DNA of 63,364 nucleotides, filler included. It is 4 parts of 4 records of this genome, joined end to end, with 100 filler letters (N's around TTAATTAATTAA, not from the genome) between each part and the next. Parts side by side here need not be neighbours in the genome. Positions count along the whole stretch, not along the records: positions 56,957 to 63,364 come from SRR20825019_1440; 3 more parts are not named here. The stretch is one strand, 5' to 3'. The notes beneath the pieces were generated by a model. The model had not been told where the DNA came from. It saw only the letters and a list, made by a program, of their open reading frames with translations, and did no database searches. The translations under genes and the position numbers were made by a program. The stretch's first letter is position 1. Every line of letters begins with the position of its first letter. Below, piece after piece: positions 58,137 to 63,364 of the stretch.

Positions 58137-61043
58137 CTAAATCGTCAGTGCTTGATTAACGAGCTCTTCCTGCTCAGCTGCATGGCGAGAAGCCAGGCCG
58201 GTAGCTGTAGAAGCGCTCGCGATACGACCGGCATAAGCTGGTCTTGCGCATTTCATTTCCAGGTCAACAAGGACACCTTCAAGCGGCTCATGGATACTGC
58301 TCCATGCGCCCATGTTGCGTGGCTCTTCTTGACACCATACGACGGCTTGGGCGTTTTTGAAGCGCTGAAGCTCGGTCTTGATCGCCCGTTCCGGGAACGG
58401 ATAAAGCTGTTCAACACGCAGGAGATAGGTATCGTCCTGCTCGCGGCGGTCACGCTCATCGAGAAGGTCATAATAAACCTTGCCCGAACAAAGAACGACG
58501 CGCTTGATCTTGTCGTCGCTCTTGAGCTTGATCGAATCTTCGCCCTCTGTCTCAGCCGAATCCCACAACACACGGTGGAACTGTGAGCCTGGGCCAAAGT
58601 CCGCGAGGTTGGATACGCAGCGTTTGTGCCTGAGAAGCGACTTCGGCGTCATGATCACAAGGGGCTTGCGGAAGCTCCGGTGCATCTGGCGTCTGAGAAC
58701 ATGGAAATAGTTCGCAGGTGTTGTGCAGTTCACCACTTGCCAGTTGTCTTCGGCAGAAAGCTGCAGGTAGCGCTCAAGACGCGCCGAAGAGTGTTCAGGC
58801 CCCTGGCCTTCATAACCGTGTGGCAACAACAGCACGAGGCCCGACATGCGAAGCCACTTGGCTTCAGCCGAGCAGATGAACTGGTCAATGATGATCTGTG
58901 CACCGTTGGCAAAGTCACCAAACTGGGCTTCCCATAATGTCAGCGAGTTTGGTTCCGCCATCGAGTAGCCATACTCGAAACCAAGAACCCCAAACTCAGA
59001 CAGGTGGCTGTCCAGCACCGTGAACTGCGCGTCCTGATTAACAGACTGCAGCGGCACATAACGGTCTTCAGTTTTCTGGTCCACAAACACAGCATGGCGT
59101 TGGCTGAACGTGCCGCGGCCACAGTCTTGCCCTGACAAGCGAACGCCGTAGCCTTCACGAAGCAGCGTACCAAACGCCAGCGCCTCAGCGGTTGCCCAGT
59201 CAAAACCCGCACCGTTTTCAAACATCTGGTGTTTGTTCTCAAGCACCCGCTTGAGCGTACGGTGAATATTGAATTTCTCGGGCACCGTGGTGATAATCTC
59301 ACCCACTTCGCGCAGCATGATCTCAGCCACGCCGGTTTCGGCACGGCGTTTCTCATGGTCGGCATCAGCGAGGCCAAGGCCTTCCCACTTGCCTTCAAAC
59401 CAGTCAGCTTTGTTCACGCGGTATTCGCGGGCGGATTCGAACTCATCCTCCAGATAGCTGATGAACTCGTTTTCCATCTGTTCAAACTTCTCAGCGGTGA
59501 GCACACCTTCCGAGATCAACCGGTCAGCATAAATCTTCACCACGCTCGGGTGGTTTTTGATTGCGGCGTACATCAGCGGTTGCGTAAATGCTGGCTCGTC
59601 AGATTCGTTATGGCCGAAGCGGCGATAACAGATCATGTCGATCACCACATCGCGGCGGAAGGTCTGACGAAACTCTGTCGCGATTTTTGCGGCGTAAGTC
59701 ACGGCCTCAGGATCATCGCCGTTCACGTGGAAGATGGGTGCTTGCACCATTTTAGCCACGTCACTTGGGTATGGGCTTGAGCGCGCGAACTGTGGGCTTG
59801 TCGTGAAACCGATCTGGTTGTTTACGATGAAGTGCACAGTACCGCCGGTGTTGTAGCCACGAAGACCCGACATGCCGAAACACTCAGCCACGATTCCCTG
59901 ACCCGCAAACGCTGCGTCACCGTGCAGCAGAAGCGAAAGCGTGGTGTTCCGCTGTGTATCTTTTTTCTGTTCCTGCTTGGCGCGCGTTTTCCCAATCACG
60001 ACCGGGTTAACGGCTTCAAGGTGTGATGGGTTTGCGTTCAGCGACAGGTGCACTTTATTGCCGTCAAACTCACGGTCAGCACTGGTGCCAAGATGATATT
60101 TCACATCACCTGAACCCTGCACATCGTCAGGCTTGAAAGAACCGCCGTGGAATTCGTTGAAGATCGCGCGGTAAGGCTTTTGCATCACGTTCGCGAGCAC
60201 ATTGAGGCGCCCACGGTGCGGCATTCCGATCACGATTTCATCGAGGCCATACTGGCCACCGGTTTTCATCACGGCCTCAAGCGCTGGCACCATGGCTTCA
60301 CCGCCATCAAGACCAAAACGTTTGGTGCCGGTATATTTACGGCCAAGAAAGCGCTCGAACTGAACCGATTCGATCAACTTATTGAGGATCGCGATCTTGC
60401 CACGATCAGTAAACTGGATTTCCTTGTCACGACCTTCGATCTGACGCTGAATCCACGCCTTCTCTTCAGGGTCGTTAATATGCATGAACTCAACGCCAAT
60501 ATTGGCGCAATAAGTCCGCTTCAGGATATCAATGATTTCACGGATGCTTGCGGTCTCTAGGCCCAGCACCCCATCCATGAAAATCTTGCGGTCCATATCA
60601 CCTGAGCTGAAGCCATAGGTCTCTGGTTTCAGTTCCGGGTTTACGGGGCGCTCTTCGAGCCCAAGCGGGTCCAGATTGGCCATCAGGTGGCCACGTACCC
60701 GGAAGGTGCGCACCATCATCAATGCACGGATGCTGTCGATGGTTGCGGCGCGAACATCTGCCTGACTGACGGCAGCACCAGCAGACTTTGCTGGCGCGTC
60801 ACCCTCAATGAACATGTCAGAACCATCAAGGCCTGTTGTCAGATCATCATCGGGGCGAAGCGGCCAGTCTGACCGGGCCCAACTTGGGCCGGACTTGGCA
60901 ACGCCAGCTTCCAGTTCCTCAAAATATTCCGCCCATCCCTGATCAACAGAGCTCGGGTCTTTGGAATATTTGGCATACAGAGTTTCAACAAACTGGGGGC
61001 TAACACCTTCCAGTGCGGCGATGCGGTCCATATCTGCACCCAT
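58137..61043 (-). CDS. sucA: 2-oxoglutarate dehydrogenase E1
   Basis: GMPHRGRLN, GDVKYHLG, HGDAAFAGQG, WEAQFGDFANGAQ, GPEHSSAR. Start reassigned to MGADMD. Confidence 0.96.
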   Translation of the reverse strand: MGADMDRIAALEGVSPQFVETLYAKYSKDPSSVDQGWAEYFEELEAGVAKSGPSWARSDWPLRPDDDLTTGLDGSDMFIEGDAPAKSAGAAVSQADVRAATIDSIRALMMVRTFRVRGHLMANLDPLGLEERPVNPELKPETYGFSSGDMDRKIFMDGVLGLETASIREIIDILKRTYCANIGVEFMHINDPEEKAWIQRQIEGRDKEIQFTDRGKIAILNKLIESVQFERFLGRKYTGTKRFGLDGGEAMVPALEAVMKTGGQYGLDEIVIGMPHRGRLNVLANVMQKPYRAIFNEFHGGSFKPDDVQGSGDVKYHLGTSADREFDGNKVHLSLNANPSHLEAVNPVVIGKTRAKQEQKKDTQRNTTLSLLLHGDAAFAGQGIVAECFGMSGLRGYNTGGTVHFIVNNQIGFTTSPQFARSSPYPSDVAKMVQAPIFHVNGDDPEAVTYAAKIATEFRQTFRRDVVIDMICYRRFGHNESDEPAFTQPLMYAAIKNHPSVVKIYADRLISEGVLTAEKFEQMENEFISYLEDEFESAREYRVNKADWFEGKWEGLGLADADHEKRRAETGVAEIMLREVGEIITTVPEKFNIHRTLKRVLENKHQMFENGAGFDWATAEALAFGTLLREGYGVRLSGQDCGRGTFSQRHAVFVDQKTEDRYVPLQSVNQDAQFTVLDSHLSEFGVLGFEYGYSMAEPNSLTLWEAQFGDFANGAQIIIDQFICSAEAKWLRMSGLVLLLPHGYEGQGPEHSSARLERYLQLSAEDNWQVVNCTTPANYFHVLRRQMHRSFRKPLVIMTPKSLLRHKRCVSNLADFGPGSQFHRVLWDSAETEGEDSIKLKSDDKIKRVVLCSGKVYYDLLDERDRREQDDTYLLRVEQLYPFPERAIKTELQRFKNAQAVVWCQEEPRNMGAWSSIHEPLEGVLVDLEMKCARPAYAGRIASASTATGLASRHAAEQEELVNQALTI

Positions 61044-61089
61044 GGGCAAATCGGCGCGGCGTTTTTCACCGCGCCCCTCTTTTGGCGGA

Positions 61090-61965
61090 TTAACCGTTGA
61101 TTGCTTTAAGAAGCGTTGTACCAAGCGCTGCGGGACTATCTGAAACAATAATACCAGCGGACTTCATCGCTTCGATCTTGTCTTCAGCACCACCCTGACC
61201 ACCGGACACAATAGCACCAGCGTGGCCCATCGTACGGCCTGGAGGGGCTGTACGGCCAGCAATAAAGCCAGCAACAGGCTTTTTAACTTTGCTGTGCTTC
61301 AGAAACTCAGCTGCTTCCTCTTCCGCGGAGCCGCCGATTTCACCAATCATAATGATCGAGTGTGTATCTTCATCCCCTAGGAACATATCCAGACAGTCGA
61401 TAAAATTGGTGCCGTTTACCGGGTCACCACCAATACCGATACAGGTGCTTTGACCAAGGCCTGCTGCCGTTGTTTGAGCAACAGCTTCATAGGTCAATGT
61501 ACCGGACCGTGAAACAATGCCCACGTTGCCTGGCTTGTGAATGTGGCCCGGCATAATGCCGATCTTGCACTGGCCCGGTGTAATCACACCCGGACAGTTT
61601 GGACCAACAAGGCGGGTTTTTGAGTTCTTGAGCGCGCGCTTCACGCGCACCATATCGAGAACCGGAATACCCTCAGTGATACATACTACGAGCTCGATCT
61701 CAGCATCGATCGCTTCAAGAATCGAATCTGCCGCGAACGGAGGCGGCACATAGATCACGGAAGCGTTGCAGCCAGTGCGGTCTTTCGCTTCACCAACCGT
61801 GTTGAAAACCGGCAGGTCAAGGTGCTTCTGCCCGCCTTTACCCGGTGTAACACCACCAACCATTTGCGTGCCGTATGCAATTGCCTGCTCAGAGTGGAAG
61901 GTACCCTGCGCGCCGGTGAAGCCCTGGCAGATAACCTTGGTATTTTTTCCTACGAGAACGGACAT
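61090..61965 (-). CDS. sucD: Succinyl-CoA synthetase subunit alpha
   Basis: [29 protein letters not shown]. Confidence 0.97.
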   Translation of the reverse strand: MSVLVGKNTKVICQGFTGAQGTFHSEQAIAYGTQMVGGVTPGKGGQKHLDLPVFNTVGEAKDRTGCNASVIYVPPPFAADSILEAIDAEIELVVCITEGIPVLDMVRVKRALKNSKTRLVGPNCPGVITPGQCKIGIMPGHIHKPGNVGIVSRSGTLTYEAVAQTTAAGLGQSTCIGIGGDPVNGTNFIDCLDMFLGDEDTHSIIMIGEIGGSAEEEAAEFLKHSKVKKPVAGFIAGRTAPPGRTMGHAGAIVSGGQGGAEDKIEAMKSAGIIVSDSPAALGTTLLKAING

Positions 61966-63134
61966 TACGCTGCCTCCTTCACGGCTTTAACAACTTTCTC
62001 AGCCGCGTCATTCAAATCGTCGGCAGTAATGATCGGCAGGCCACTATCAGCCATGATCTGTTTGCCAAGTTCTACGTTCGTACCTTCAAGGCGGACCACA
62101 AGGGGAACGCTGAGCGCAACTTCACGAGCTGCCGCCACAACGCCTTCAGCGATCACATCGCAGCGCATGATCCCGCCGAAGATATTCACAAGAATGCCTT
62201 CAACGTTATCATCTGACAGGATGATCTTGAACGCTTCGGTCACACGCTCCTTTGTAGCACCACCACCCACATCCAAAAAGTTGGCAGGCTCGCCGCCTTT
62301 CAGCTTGATAATGTCCATGGTCGCCATGGCAAGGCCAGCGCCGTTCACCATGCAGCCGATGGAACCGTCGAGGCTGATGTAGTTGAGGTCGTATTTGGAT
62401 GCTTCGATTTCTTTTGGATCTTCTTCGCTTTCGTCGCGCAGCTCACGCACGTCCGCATGGCGGAACAGCGCGTTGCCGTCAAACGACATCTTGGCGTCAA
62501 GCACGATCATCTTGTCGTCTTCAGTCAGCACAAGCGGGTTGATCTCAAGAAGCGCAGCGTCAAGGTCTGTGTATGCCTTGTAAAGCGATGCAACAACCTT
62601 CTGGCACTCTTTCGCGGCCCCGCCTTCAAGGTTAAGGCCAAAGGCCACCTTGCGGCAGTGGTACGGCTGCAGGCCAGTTACCGGGTCAATCGTGATGGTT
62701 ACGATTTTCTCAGGTGTATTTTCTGCCACTTCCTCGATGTCCATGCCGCCTTCTGTAGACGCCATAATCGCAAGCTTGCCGCTTGCGCGGTCGAGCAGCA
62801 TGGAGAGGTAAAATTCGCTTTTAATGCGGCAACCGTCTTCAACGTAAACGCGCTTAACCTCTTTGCCCTCTGGGCCGGTCTGGTGCGTTACGAGCGTTTT
62901 GCCGATAAGCTCTTTTGCAACAGCTTCAACGTCGTCGAGCGATTTAACAACCTTCACGCCGCCCGCTTTACCGCGGCCACCAGCGTGAATTTGCGCTTTT
63001 ACAACCCATACCGGGCCACCCAGCTTTTTCGCTTCGTCAACAGCTTCCGCCGCCGTGTAGGCAACGCCGCCTTCAAGTACTGGCGCGCCGTATTTTTTCA
63101 AAAGGCCCTTCGCCTGATATTCATGGATATTCAT
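61965..63134 (-). CDS. sucC: Succinyl-CoA synthetase subunit beta
   Basis: [44 protein letters not shown]. Confidence 0.97.
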   Translation of the reverse strand: MNIHEYQAKGLLKKYGAPVLEGGVAYTAAEAVDEAKKLGGPVWVVKAQIHAGGRGKAGGVKVVKSLDDVEAVAKELIGKTLVTHQTGPEGKEVKRVYVEDGCRIKSEFYLSMLLDRASGKLAIMASTEGGMDIEEVAENTPEKIVTITIDPVTGLQPYHCRKVAFGLNLEGGAAKECQKVVASLYKAYTDLDAALLEINPLVLTEDDKMIVLDAKMSFDGNALFRHADVRELRDESEEDPKEIEASKYDLNYISLDGSIGCMVNGAGLAMATMDIIKLKGGEPANFLDVGGGATKERVTEAFKIILSDDNVEGILVNIFGGIMRCDVIAEGVVAAAREVALSVPLVVRLEGTNVELGKQIMADSGLPIITADDLNDAAEKVVKAVKEAA

Positions 63135-63193
63135 CTGCTATCCAACTCCTTGAGTTCCAGATTTGGAAAGTTCCAAGTCCCTTTGCGTGTCGC

Positions 63194-63364
63194 TTACGCG
63201 AGCGACGGATCGATATTGATGCAAGCTTCCATCAGACCCTTCACAGCGCCGACGGAGTGATCGAAACCAGCTTTTTCTTCGCCTTCCAGGTTGATCTCAA
63301 CAACTTTTTCAATGCCGTTTGCGCCAACAATCACCGGTACGCCAACATACATATTATCAAGACC
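63194..63364 (-). CDS. mdh: Malate dehydrogenase, 3' end
   Basis: My translation: [56 protein letters not shown]; fits the canonical mdh-sucCDAB order. Confidence 0.9.
   Translation of the reverse strand, partial: GLDNMYVGVPVIVGANGIEKVVEINLEGEEKAGFDHSVGAVKGLMEACINIDPSLA

Noticed and set aside
56957-63364. mdh-sucCDAB segment as a source of novelty
   Set aside because: Canonical alphaproteobacterial TCA operon; the apparent sucA/sucD overlap disappears once the sucA start is moved to 61043.

Overview
This window is not one locus. It is four unrelated contigs joined by artificial 100-nt spacers (N44-TTAATTAATTAA-N44 at 13267-13366, 34940-35039 and 56857-56956). Taxonomic labels are inferred from composition and gene content. 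(1) 1-13266: an extremely AT-rich, Rickettsiales-like alphaproteobacterial contig with nuoH'-I-J-K-L-M-N-birA, followed by three tandem paralogous ankyrin-repeat genes (two complete, one cut by the window edge). They are separated by decayed IS256-like and IS481-like remnants, and the two complete genes share a C-terminal module that looks like an F-box with its halves in reversed order. (2) 13367-34939: a GC-rich Marinobacter-like contig with TetR, pntAB, patatin, ExoD, an OYE/HxlR divergent pair, rhlE and mltF'. It also holds the best candidate new system: an ECF sigma, a zinc anti-sigma, an acidic exported protein and a TPR/beta-barrel (Slam-like) protein, divergent from a 991-aa Pla-1/cef-type lipase lipoprotein plus DUF1302 and DUF1329. 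Two matching GGAACC-N16-CGTG promoter motifs link the two arms. (3) 35040-56856: a Flavobacteriaceae-like housekeeping contig (FNT, TerC, hpf, OmpA, fused E1, SUI1, ung, mutS2, aroC and others) with two small ORFs missed by the ORF track. (4) 56957-63364: the alphaproteobacterial TCA operon mdh'-sucC-sucD-sucA-sucB'. All family calls come from motif recognition by eye; no searches were run.
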